The notes beneath the pieces were generated by a model. The model had not been told where the DNA came from, ran no database searches, and saw only the letters and a program-made list of their open reading frames with translations. Made by a program: the position numbers and the translations under genes. A stretch of 64,000 bases of DNA, taken from the NCBI GenBank assembly GCA_950097015.1, contig CATNEN010000038.1, positions 30,752,001-30,816,000 on the forward strand, in the 5' to 3' direction. The DNA comes from Macrostomum hystrix (lineage: Eukaryota; Animalia; Platyhelminthes). This document shows, in pieces, positions 12,133 to 25,200 of this stretch (positions are counted from its first letter, which is position 1; every line of letters starts with the position of its first letter).

Positions 12133-13275
12133 ATGCTGCAATTCACACTATTGTCTACCTCTAGTTTGCCTTCTGTGGTCACAGCTCGGCACTATTCTAG
12201 CGCTTTCGATTATGCCTTGAAATTTCGTTCTCAGTTGGTTAACAATCCAGAATTTTCTATCAATCCAAGCAATGCTGATGATGCCACAATTATTAAGCCG
12301 ACTAAAGTAAATCAAATGAAAAATCCGATTGACAAGGAAGATGGCAATGTTCTACCTGACAAACGGACTTGGTCATTTGTAGGCCTTACAAATGACGAAA
12401 TAATAGAATTCCTGTATAAAAACATCATCTGGGACAAGTATGACATTGTGGCACTAAACAAGCCATACAATGTCTGCTGCCAAGGTGGCAATAAATTAGA
12501 TAAGGAATCAATCAATCTTCTGGACTATTTGCCCGGCCTAGCCACCAGATTGTCATGCCCGCATCTGCACCCGGTGCATCGTTTGGATCGCACATCCACT
12601 GGTGTACTACTGTTAGCCCGCACCGAGAGTCAAGCCAAGCACTTAAAGCATTGCTTCAAGCAGCAACTCATAGACAAGTACTATTATTGTATTACGCGCG
12701 ATACGCCAAGTCCACTAGAGGGTGTCATCGATATTCCTTTGGTATCGTCTGCCCTGCACAAAGATGGCAGTCGTCGTGCAGCACTGCGACCGAAACAGTC
12801 CGCCATGGATTCGGCTGGCTTAGCTCCCATAACCCTGGCTAGAACACCATCAGCTTCAGTGTCATCCGGCTCCAAAGAGGCTGTCACCCGCTATCGTGTT
12901 GTTGATCAATTTGAGCGTTGTGCCCTAGTTGAAGTGCAACCGAAAACCGGTTGCAAGCACCAGATTCGGGTGCATCTTGGCTACGCTTTAAATACACCTG
13001 TGCTTGGAGATCACAAATATTCCAGCATGCGAGATTGCATGATGCCGCAGCGGCTGCCTGAGTCGACCCTCACGCGACTTGGTATTCGACCAGCTAAGGC
13101 TAGAAAATTGCCGCTGTTTCTGCATTGCCAACGCGTGTCTGTCCCAGTTGATCCCAGCAAGCCAACAACCTCTGTATCGATTATAAAGGCGCCGTTTCCT
13201 AGTCACTTTGTGATTGCAATGCATCAGTTAAAGCTTAGCCTACCAATCAGGCTGTTCAAGTCAAAGTTCATCTGA
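12133..13275 (+). CDS. RPUSD4: RluA-family RNA pseudouridine synthase, RPUSD4-like (probably mitochondrial)
   Basis: 380-aa ORF with NKPY..QGG, catalytic HRLDRTSTG, TGCKHQIRVHL, PVLGDHKYS and the RPUSD4-type PQRL...LG...KARKLPLFLH tail. Confidence 0.9.
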   Translation: MLQFTLLSTSSLPSVVTARHYSSAFDYALKFRSQLVNNPEFSINPSNADDATIIKPTKVNQMKNPIDKEDGNVLPDKRTWSFVGLTNDEIIEFLYKNIIWDKYDIVALNKPYNVCCQGGNKLDKESINLLDYLPGLATRLSCPHLHPVHRLDRTSTGVLLLARTESQAKHLKHCFKQQLIDKYYYCITRDTPSPLEGVIDIPLVSSALHKDGSRRAALRPKQSAMDSAGLAPITLARTPSASVSSGSKEAVTRYRVVDQFERCALVEVQPKTGCKHQIRVHLGYALNTPVLGDHKYSSMRDCMMPQRLPESTLTRLGIRPAKARKLPLFLHCQRVSVPVDPSKPTTSVSIIKAPFPSHFVIAMHQLKLSLPIRLFKSKFI

Positions 13276-15036
13276 TGGATTTCATCGGCTAACAGGATTA
13301 GCGGTTAGTTTAGTAGGTCATGTATAGCTTCCGAATCTCAATTGACTAAGTTCACTGGCAATGATGACAAATGGCGCGCTAATTTGAGACTCTGGCCTGA
13401 ATGATTAATCGGGTGTTGCCTTAGCAGAATCACTGGGTGGCGCCTCTTTAGCAGCTGGTTGCCAGGGATATTAAAAATGGATGCGCTAAGGCTGGCTTAT
13501 GAATGTGGTATTAGTTCCATTTTCTCAGCCTGGATTCTTTCGCGTCTGAAACGACCAGTGAGTTATTTGTCACAAACTCAGTTACTTGTTTGCTGGCTTT
13601 CGTTGCACCACTGTCGTTACAATTTCTAAGAATAAATATTTGCCAGAATTTCTGTCGTACAATGCTGATAGTTTAGTCAGTTTTGTCACGGATTGATTGA
13701 CAAATATTTGTCAAGTCAGTTATGAAATTATTGTCCAAACTGTCTGAGCCGGTATAAATCTAGTGATTTAGTTTTATTGTACGGATTTTCCTGCCTCGAT
13801 GATGATACATTTATAAGGCAAAATACTTGAGTGTTTTATGTTGCCGACGCCATAAATTGCCTTCGATTGTGAGGCAATTTAATACCAGAGTCCGTTGTTT
13901 ATTAGGCATACTCGCCTGTAATCTTGACCGGTCACTTAAGAGCCTATTATGCCTGTGACATTGGTTGTAAGGCCGGGCGGACATTGCACAATGGAATTAG
14001 ATTGCCAAGTGTCTCAAAGAACCCGTGCTAGACTACTTTTTCTTGAGTAGTCAGTGCGTTGTACTTTTCTAACTACCAACTTGCGATGTTAAAGGGCAGC
14101 GTAATTTACAAATTCCAAGTATAGGAAGCGCTGTTTTGCCTGATTCCAACATTAACGAATAGGTACTTTTTTTAACCAATCATTGGCGCGTGAGGCCCTT
14201 ATCTTTAGTAATCTGAGAGGCATATCAAGTAGACTATTTGAAATGTTAACTTTAATCGAAAACAGCATCCATCTATAATTTGCATCACCCTTTTCAGGTA
14301 CTCTCAGTCGATCATCTATCAATCTATGATCGGAAGATTTTGAGCATCGATTGAGAGACAGACGTATTCGCTAATTGACTAATGCGGCATTTAAAGTTAG
14401 GCCTTGTTATTAATTAAATAATTATTATTATTAATTCTGATATTATTGCTTAGTGCATTTGCTGGTTATATTTGTGCTTTTATTGTTAATAATTAATATT
14501 TATGCTACAAGATACAATAAAGATAAGGAATGTGATCACTACTGCATTACAATGTTACAAGGAAACCATTGACGATATATGAACGGCTTCTCTTTCTTAT
14601 TTTAGTGTTTAATCATATTTGCTATCTAATTAATTACTATTTGATATTTATATAGTAATGAAAAGTTGACAACACCATCACGCACTTTTATAATTATGTT
14701 ATAACAATATTTACGCTATTCAAATTAGAGAAAACGTCATCTTTATAGCATATTGTGTACTCGTAAGCATGATTACACAATGAAAAAGTAAAAAAAAGTA
14801 AAAATGAAGGCTTATACGATTTCAGGCATGCAACGCGTATCATAAAATGGTGGGCTGAACCTTTAAATCATTGTGACAGAAGTTTTAGCAAAATTAGTTG
14901 TGTTCTTTACTTGAAAAATATCTACTCGTACTTATAAAGGGTTTAATTATTTGGCTTTGTAAATTTACAAGTTTAGTTGAAGTTCCGCAAAAAAATGGTC
15001 TGTCTACAACAATTAATCATACTTGGAATTGGCCAA

Positions 15037-16982
15037 TCACTTTCCAACGGGCTTAATCTTAAAGGCTCCATTTGCGACACCAAGAATTGTAAAGATGCCA
15101 ACATCCCCAACGCTTGTTTGACGCCCTGGATCATTGACGCCACTTAGTTGGCATTTGACGCATGTTGTTGGTATGGCCAGCAATTCTTCTGGTAGTTTGT
15201 AAACTTGTGCTATTGAGATCCCGGCTATTGTTGCGCCCGTGTCCACGAAAGCGACATCGCAAACTGTCCTAGTAGCCTCGTCGATCTTGACTATCATTCC
15301 ACGCTGAAAATTTGTTCCGTCATCGCTCTTAACGAGTACTGGTACCGCAGGGGCAGAGAGATAGTCCATGCACGGTCTGGTTAGCTGTTCAACTGAAAGT
15401 TGTGACAACTTGGATTTTAGTAGATCGGCAGCAGCTTGCACAGTGCTAGGCTGGAAAAACACGGACCGTTCTGTCTCATTATCTGCTGCCATGACGTGAG
15501 TGCACTTTGCGCAGACAATATTATCTACGTCCCAATTGAGATCTTCGCGACAGGAGCGATAGCTTCCTGCGCTTGAATCCTTTGCTTGGTTATCGGCCTT
15601 TGATACTTCTGCGTCCAGAAGGAACTCGACGATGTCTTTTCGACCTCCGTCTGGCATGTGTACTTCAATACCGGCGTTTGGTACCTCGGTTGGTTCACCG
15701 TAAGTGTCAATAATTGGTGACACTGTGACTCGGACTACTACTCCGGGTTTTTTATTCACATCATCCCAACCTGATGTCAAGGAAGATCCCATTTTTGATG
15801 CTGCGCGGTTGACACTGGCCAAGCCTGAAGGCAGGAACGGCTCGCATTGTGGCTTGTAACGAATTCTTGACGGCAGTCGAGTGCATTGGTTCCAGTCCAC
15901 CACTAGCTCGAAGCCGAAGTCAATAATAAGCAGTCTGACTCGGTCACCGCCTAACAACTCCAGCAAGCGGCCACGATAGTGGCATGACGGCGGCTTCTGT
16001 TAATTAGGGTGGATATAAAATGTTCTAAATGGGCTTAAAATGTAAACTTGTCGCAGCAGTACGGCAGTCTTACCATGAAAACGGCAAAAATCTCGTCCTT
16101 TTCTGGAAGATTACTTGCCGAGAAACGATGCAAATTGCAGCTGTCATTGAACAACTCCAGTTGGTTCTGGAGTCCAGCCAGCAATTTCTCGTCCTTCTGC
16201 ACGAAGACAATGCCTCGATCGGTCACGTGACTGACTCGGCCATCGAATGGCTTTAGCAACTCTTCATCGTTGACTAACAACGGTTGAATCAGTGGTGGCT
16301 GATTGAGATTCACTGGCGTGTATCTGACGGCCTGTGAACTTTTGATTCGCCCAATCAGACTGTTGGTTCTCTGACCGAATATATCATTAATAGACTGGCC
16401 ACTGCCGCTCTGGTACAGCTCAACTGGTACTGGAGATCCAGCTCCGTCGGGCGTGTACTTTTCCCAGTCGATCTCCGCTTCCAGGATCAAATCTTCCGTT
16501 GCCATGGTGAGCAGTCCCTCAAGAAGTTTGATTTCCCGAGCGGACCAATCGCTGCGCTGTCCTACTCTCGCTAGACGACAAGGCATAGCGCAGCTTGCCA
16601 GCCTCCGTTCGTTAAAAACTGAAGGCATCGGAAGCAGGCGGTCCGGTTGCTGCGGCACTGTCAAGCGCTCGCCAAAATCTAGCAGTTGAACTAGCTGATC
16701 GTTGCTATTTTCGCTCGCTTTGGGGCCCAGCAATCTGCCACGGTACCACAGGTTCCAGCCTTCCGGACGCACCAGTACCAAGTCGTTGTTTAACGACAAA
16801 GTTTTCGCATCGATCTGCGGTGATCTTTGGCTTAGAATCTGGGCTGCCCACATTGTGGTTTCTACCATTAGCTTCTTCAACTCTTGTCCGCCATCCCAAC
16901 GAATTTGCAGCCACAAATTGCTTGGACTGATGCAGACCGTACAACACACCGGTGTTCGATACATCCTAGTAGTTTTTTTCAT
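15037..16982 (-). CDS. Tudor domain-containing protein with three extended Tudor domains
   Basis: Exons 16982-16074 and 15996-15037 joined by a 77-bp GTAAGA...AACAG phase-0 intron. Tudor cores WYRGRLL..LLDFGE, HYRGRLL..IIDFGF, FQRGMIV..FVDTGA, flanked by extended-Tudor segments (SPSNLWLQ, PCRLARV, VKCQLSGV). Confidence 0.85.
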
Positions 16983-18973
16983 GAACAAAAATCTGTGTTA
17001 TTTTCTTAAATAAACCTATAACTCAGTTAACACAATCTTCGAGGAGCTTGCTTTTGATAAAAAACTAAGCAGAGTGGATAAATCTCGATAGCTCAGTCAA
17101 TTTTACAATTCTTTCAAAAGTTATTACTTGCGTAAGAGTCTAATTTTAGACATCCTAAATTACTGACTTATTTGTCCCCTAATTTTGTTTGGGTAGCCAC
17201 TAACTAGCTCGCAAGACTCTTTGAACCGTAGGACCAAAGCCTAAGAGGTTCATGAATGAAAGGGTGGATAACACGTTTGCACAATTTGCATAGACTTGGA
17301 CCAAAGTCACCTGAACTCAAATCTGCGGCGAGGCAACATTTTTTAAAAGAAGCTGCTAAAAAAGCTCAAGGGTTTGTCGTATATTTACGTCCATCAGGGT
17401 CCCCCTCGAAGTCTCAGCGAGAGTGTACACTGCCTGACAATGAAAGTCAATGAAAGACAATGACGGTAGAGTCTTATGCACATCGAGAACGAAGATAATA
17501 AGCATAGATACTGCCTAAAATCCTTTGTTATTGGTAGTCAGCTGTCCGTTTTACATTTTTTGCATTTTTTAATTTAAACATTCAATAGAGCACTTGCATC
17601 ATACAGTTCGAATATAGTAAGTTAATAACGGATTTCTCCGCAAAGACTTACTTAAATTTGTTGATAATCGCTCAGGTGATTATAAAATGCAACGCAGCAC
17701 TATGCAAAATCTAGACGCGCATTCGCATTTTCGAAACAGTGCGTAAAATACACGTTTCAACAGTGCTCTCAGTTGGGTGAAAAAATTTTCCTGGAAATTC
17801 CGGAGTCTCACCAATGTGGCTCCCTGTGCATTATACGCGGTTGTATATAATCTACATAGCACTGGCCGGGCAATGTACACTTTAGCTTTTGATATTACGC
17901 CTTTCCTAGCTGGCTTAGGGCTGTACAGAAGAGTCCATGCAAGTAAGCTAGGCAGTTTATGACGTACGCATTACAATCAAATGCACAGTATTGTTCTTAG
18001 ACTTGGAAACCCAGCATGACTGTGCAGTATTTTCTTCCTGCGCAGAGAGCTTTAAAACCGTGTCCCGGTTTTGGAGTACAATTTGGATACGATTGGAGTA
18101 CAAAGCCCAGCTTTCTGTCTTACTTGCACTTCTAAAAGTTGTGCCCAAACCGGCAAAGAATGTCTCCTATTAAATAATGTAAATGTTGACACAAACAGAA
18201 AAATATGCATGGATACTTTTCTGGCCTTAACATTCTGTCATATAGAAAAACCGACTCTAGCATTTTTGAGCAGTTTTGTATCCCCTAGCTTAAAACATAA
18301 ATTATTATGCATAGGAAAATATAGCCACGTTTATGATTGTATTTTTTAAGCGAACCTTCGATTTGCATCTCATAGTACTATTTATATCTTATATATAAGT
18401 AGTGCAGTGCGTCCAGCAAATTTCGGCCTTTTTACGACTGTAACGTGATTGCTATACATTTTCAGGCGAACTCGCGACCTATATCTTACCACTGAGCCAT
18501 GTAGTTGTGTCCTTCGATTTTCAATCATTTTTGTTAAAAGCAACAAAGCTGCTTAACCTACAAAGCTATAAGCAATTGCTCGTTGCTTAACGACTTTTAA
18601 TGCGTAACGACGTGGTATCACAAAGGAATTAAGTTGTTTTACTTTCTATTAAAGCTAGCAATCTGATGCATCACCTATTTATTGGAATGTAAATTTATTT
18701 GAATCAATGATAACTGAAGCCTGTAGACTGATCTTACCTCATAGTGTGATTAACGCCTGGGCTGATCAAGCTGTCATGCCAGCAGGATTCAAATACGCAG
18801 TATGCATTATCCTATCTTTCCAGTGTATTTCTGTCAACGCTTGGAGAAAGGAATTTGGCCGTACACGAAAGTTCCGTTTTCTACCGGTCAAATTTGCAAG
18901 CGACCTAGCTTGTAGAATTGATATTAACATACTTTTAGGATTAGTTTCATGTAAATTATTGAATTCAACTGTA

Positions 18974-19159
18974 TTACGCCACTGGATTCGAATCAAGTTG
19001 AGTTGAATTAGCTGTTGAGGTAGCATCTTCTTCATTTTTAATCATAAAAGCCGGCACATGTCTACTTATTGCTGATTGGACAAATCTTGACAGCCCAAGT
19101 GTGGATAATGGCTCTTCATTAGCTGATTGAACTGCTAAACCACTGGGGCTATCAGCTGA

Positions 19160-19213
<54 letters not shown>

Positions 19214-22200
19214 ATATTGCGATGGCCCAGATGATTCTACTGCTGCTCTCACTTGGCATCGATTGCAGTCTCGCCGCTGATGCACTGCTGCTGCTGCTGC
19301 TCCGGAATTCCAACTTCTCCAAGAAGGCTGTCTGAATTGGTTGTCGTCTGAAACTGTAAGGCTTCCATTTGAAATGTGTTTTTGACTGCTCTGGGAAATC
19401 GAAATTATAGAGAGAATGCAGAAACACGACTGTTCAATAGTCCATTTTTTACCTGTAGTGCGAAGCAAGCCTCTGAACTCTACTCGCTTTTGTGAATTGT
19501 CAGTTTTACAACCAAACAATGCATTCCAAAAGGTCACAAGATAGGATAAAAGAGCGGTAGGCTTGCAGCAACTCACAAAGTGCAACTCCTCTGCTAGCAT
19601 TGGCTCCCCGTTCGGTCTGCTTCGCTAGCGGTCGACCCCGAAACAGCGGCATTGTTGATTGGCGTTCGACTAAATTAACAAATTCAACATTGCACAAATC
19701 AGCAGTCAGATAGGAAAGCAGGAGTTGTAATAGTATACGGTTGAGCAGCTTCAATCCATGGCTGATTTGAACTTCAAAAGAAGTGCTTCTAAGTACTTTA
19801 AATAATTCTATTTCGTTGGTACACACGCAGACTAAATAAACATACATTCGTGCGTTCAGTACATTTAAATAAAATTTTCTCCGTCACTTGTCTTTCACCA
19901 TCGACGTTGATGAATGTCTATGGCATTTTTTGACTGAAGCTTCGTTTAATTCAAGTAAGCGCACATTCACTACAATATAATGCACTCCAAAATGTTGTTA
20001 TCTATGGCATGAACTCGGGAAAAGACTCGCTGATTGGTCAGGAAAGAAACAAGTCACGACGCCGACTTCACGACCATAAACAACGTTTTCGGGTGTCATT
20101 TTGTCTATGGCCTTGAAATGCGAAACTATACTTTTGTAAAACGAGGCAATAGCTTTCATTAGAAAATGTTCCTAACAAAATCTTACCTTGTTGATCCGAG
20201 TATTCAATGTCAGTCGGATACGTGCCCTGTTGTGAATTTCGGGGTTCGATGGTTTATTATTTGTATAAAAAAGTTTTTTAGACTAACAAGAATAACAAGG
20301 ACTCAATTAATGCGTCAGAAATCGGTTTGTTATAGTAATCTAATAGATGGGCATAATTTCTCAGTGATCTCGTCGCACAGAAGGTTTCTCAATTACGTTT
20401 TCTTTTTTTCTAAGAAGACTGAAGATTTCGACGTTATCAATCTTGAATAAGCTGAGTTTCACCCTCATCATTTTGCAAAATGGGCGATCCGACTGCTCTA
20501 AAATAGACGTACTTTATGGCTATCAAAATTGAATTTTTTTACTTTTTCTGCAGCATGGTAGTGACGTATCAATGTCAATCAGCAACAAATAACATACACA
20601 ACCAATGCAGAATCCGTGCTGGTATCCGATCGGGCTGAATCTTCTCCCTAGCTGCAGCTGATCACATGGTAACTCTCGCAATGCAACTCCACCGTCGTCA
20701 GCTGCCGCTTCCACAGCTTCAGCTGAATCCTCGTCGTCGTAATCGATCAGCTCAAAGTCGGCAGCCGGTCCGGTTGATGGAAAAATCATCGCGTCCTGCT
20801 GCTGACGACGAGTCGTCATGGAAATGGGTCGTCGGCCCTGCAGGCTCATTCGTTGACAACGCGACGTTGTGGACGTTGTTGACGTTTGACCTGCGATCAA
20901 CGCGTCGCCCTGCTGACGTCGTCGTCTTACATCTCGACCGCCTCTGCGACGGCGCATTCTTTGACGCCACAGCAGCAGACCGGACACAGTGAAGACGCAA
21001 CTGGCGCCAATGACGACTATTGCGGCCCAGATGGCGGTCATACCGACACCAACTTTATATGAGGCTGTCTGATCGGCTGTTTGATACGCGAGAAATGAAA
21101 TATTCTTGACAAACTGGTGCAGTGCAGTTATTCCACTTACGTTATTTCAGTCCAGAAATTCAAAGCGATCTTATGGATCGATCTTTTATCTATCGATCGA
21201 AAATTCAAGTATAATACGTCAGTATGACTATTTGTAACAGTAATTCCAAATTAAATTACGTTTTTTCAGCCGATACTTATCATAAACATACCAGAGAATG
21301 CGGCCTCATCAATGGTGACGCTGGCGCTTGGCCTGCTACAAGCGAGCCTGCCACAGGCCACAATTCTCAGATGCAGCCTGGTTGCAGAGGGCGTCGGGTT
21401 ACTGACAAGAAGACGGCGAGTGTCAATGGTTGCCCGATGCTTCGGAATGTGAACGGACTCGAGGCTGCGCCAATGTAGTGCAGTGTGAGGCGACTGGCTC
21501 GCATCTGAATGATTGTGAACTATTTCTAACTATTTCTAATTACCTTACCTTACTTTTAACAAACTAGGTTCATGACAGTTACACTGATCCTTGGTCAGAA
21601 TTTCACATAGACTCACCGGAAGTGGCATACTGCACCAAACTGTAGACAACGGACACCGTTTTGTCGTCAGTGCTACCGACGCCACTGCCAGATTCTGTGC
21701 GCCAAGTCAGTCTGGCTTGCCTGCTTGTTCCCAGCACTGCCACCGATAGATCCGTGGGCGCCATCGGCTCGTCTGGCTGAAGGACATCGCGTTCCGAGCT
21801 GATGTAATCCTCGCTATTAGTCCACTTGCCAGTTTTCGTCAGCACTCGCTCCGACTGTAGTCTGCTACCGTCCGATGCGACGGCCTGTACAAACACAGCG
21901 TAGGTTGACAATGCCTGCAGCCCGAAAATACTCGCTTCCTCTTGACTTGCTGAACTCGTCTGTGGTACTCTGAAACACGTACAAATATGCGCTGTTTGTT
22001 TTCTCTGCCTTTCTTAAAAACTGAATTTGTTTTTTTTGCTTGTTAATTCAGAGAAAGAACAGTCAATTGGAATGAAAATGCGAAAAGGAATTTTTCTGAG
22101 TTATTTAACACGGAGCTTCTATTACGTCAATCGACTCTCAGAAAACCTTAATTACCTTAAGATTAAAATGTGAAGATACAATTTTTCATATATTTCTATA

Positions 22201-25200
22201 ATTACCTAATTGTGCTCCAAGCCAACTTCTCAACCGATTCAGAGGTCGTTTGTTGCAAACGAAACCAAATCGTGTGACTGAGCTGACGGCCTCTGTCATA
22301 GCCGGGAGTCCAAGTCAGTCGAATGCCAGTCGCGTCAAGCGCCTCTGCTGTGAGATTGGTCGGAGCCCGACTGGGCTTGGCTTCAACCAGCAGTCTAGCA
22401 GCAGAAGCCAGTCGCGTCAAGCTGTTGTTCACCGAGCACTCGTAGCTTCCCGAGTCGTTGGTCTCAAGCCCGACAATTCTTAGAGCACCGTCTGGCAGCA
22501 AACGGTATCGACGAGTTTTATCGTGCCCACGTCGAAACAGCTGCTTGTCGTTAGCCAGTTGAAGCTGTAGAGGCTGGCCATCCTTGAACCAGCTAGCGGT
22601 GCCAGCAGACAAAATGCCAAGCTGGTCCAAGTCGCAGAACAGGACAGTGTCCGTCCCTATCAGCTGCTGCACCAGCGAGGCGTACCGTCGGTGTGTACTG
22701 TGCATACCTGAGACGTTGTTTGGGTTTCAGTGACTTCAAAAAATAATCGAATTCATTTCACGATCTCTCACTGGGTTTTAATAAAGAATCTGAAGAGACA
22801 AACCCACAACTTTAAGACAACTTTAAGGTGTACCGGCTGTTCCACCTATACAGCACAAAAACAGCTATTTTGATGCACTATTCTCATGGAGGAAAAGACA
22901 GATAAATGAATGAAAATAGCATCCGATTTTCAGATTTTTCAGGACTCAAGGCCTCGGTAGTTTTTCTCTAGAAAAGGACGAAACTGATGAAAGAATCAGT
23001 TGATTGGTAATTAGCACAAAATCTAAATTCAATGAACTAAACTAATGCCTAAGGACCCATTTCACTGTCAACTACCAAGCCTTCTTCAGATCTTCTTATG
23101 TGACTGAATCGGAGATTTTAGACATGATTAAATGCGGAAGATGCAAGGAAATCGAACATTAATATCATCCCTGTCTTCATTACTTTTATCTAACGACTAA
23201 ATCTTCTCAGCCACCTGTTCTTGACGATAATCCGAGCTGACGGAGGCACAGCTACTCCGAAGCGCACCCGAATGCATTGCTTTAATCCGTTGTTAAAAAT
23301 TGTCAAGTAGTTTTAGTTTTTTGTTTTAACTGTAGGACTACCAGGCCATTTTGCCGCCCGTTTTTATACCAAGGATGCAATCTAAAAAAATCTTTGGCAG
23401 AGCCTGAATGCTGACAGCGTTGGGTGATGAAAGATTAGTTGACAGACTAGGCGAGGGTGTATACTTATTTTTATTTAGGCTTGATCAGTGAAATTAGAGA
23501 AATTTGTTTCAGGGTGTCCATAGTGGCCTAACTCCACCTGTTGTAGCCCTTGAAGGTCCAGCAGTCCGTCTAGATAAAGGTCGGTGACCACCGAAGACGG
23601 AGATGATGCAGGCACATTCGGGTGACATGCTGATCAATTTTGAAGGCCTGGCAAGGCCGCACTGAGGCGCAGTGCTAATTCGTGTATAGGGGTGTATGAA
23701 ATACACTAGCGCTAATGAGAAAAATCTGACCTTCGGCCAGAACCATTGAATATCTTGACGGTCTAAAAGCTGGCGAGTTTAGAATATGCTCAACAAAAAG
23801 TTGGCCCGTATTCTTGAGTTTTGTGTACTTGCTTTGCTCAAAATAAATTGTCAGTTCTACTGTTAGTGCAGTGAAAAGTTAGCATCGTAAACGATTCGCG
23901 CTCACCCTGAACAGCCACCCTCATCTCTGGACTCCAGTCGCCCCAGCCCAGTCTGTTGAAGCAGCGGCACATCCAGACGCCCGAGTGTCCCGGCCGCACC
24001 GCCGCTATTCGGTAACGAGACCAGCTGGTGTTGCCAGCAGGTGTGAAATTGTGCGTCCATTGGATCTCAGTGATTAGCGGATTAGCCAACGCCGGACAAT
24101 GCACGAAGCCGGTGGAGCCCTCGGCGAGAAACTGGGTTCTCTGCTCGCTTGGCTCAAACATTGGTGGATAAATTATGTCTACAAAGGCGCTCGCCTGAGG
24201 AGGATGTGTCTCGGAGCTGTTGTTGCCATGGAAACCTTTGCTAGTAAGAGCTACGCATCTGTACCAGCCAGAGTCGGCGCGGGCTAGAGCTGTTATAATC
24301 AGAGTGCCGTTCTCAATGTAGTTTCGATGCCGAAGGGAGTTTACAACACGAACGTCGCGTCCGTTTTGAAACCACATATAGGTGACGTCATCGGTGGTGA
24401 CGTCATTCAGATCTGTTGAAGCTAATGCAGCTACCTGGCAGGGTAGTTCTAGGCGTTCTCCAACCTTCTTAGTTGTGTTTGCAGGTGCCACTTGGATGTA
24501 CAGATTGCCTGGTTAGTATTGCGCAATGATACATAACGGCTCTGTTAGTTTTTCGTTTTATTTATCATTACAGTTCTCAAAAGCTTTGGAGCTCACCTTT
24601 GACTATGACGGTGACCTGAGCTCTGTCCTCGCCCACCTTATTCCTGGCCAGACATTCGTACAGCCCAGCGTCGCTATGATCAACCATTTCGATGACCAGA
24701 TGGCCGGAGGGCGCGGCGAAGACAGCGCCACCAGAGCCTCTGGTCGGTTGCCAGTCGCGGCCATTGTGCAGCCACAGCGTGTCGGGTTGCGGTCGACCAT
24801 CGGCCTCGCAGGTCAGGGCGAGACGGGACCGCGGTCTCAGCGTCAGCGGCTCCGACGGGAAATTGTTTTGAATGACTGGTGGGACTGTCGAAAAAAGTGA
24901 AGAAAGTAGATAAATGAGTTTGCTAGTTCAGCTGTTCAGTCCAGGTACTGGGAAGGGTTCTCTGCTCGCTGGTGAGGTGCCAACCCCGCCAATATCAAGT
25001 TCCCTTGATGCTGATGCTGATGCTACTGGTACCAATTTTACAGCTGGATGAAGTGAAACGATGCGTAATTGAAATTCGAACTCCCGAACTCTTCGTCTAA
25101 AGTTCAAAGCTCTAGCCAAAGCCTTATTTGGTGAGCCACACATGTCTTACATTAATAAAAAGTGAAGCTCCCAACACGCATGAATGAACAGAACAAGGAA

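Noticed and set aside
18463-18503. tRNA gene (minus-strand TGGCTCAGTGG ... GAGTTCG)
   Set aside because: A and B boxes too close and no cloverleaf; at best a decayed SINE head.
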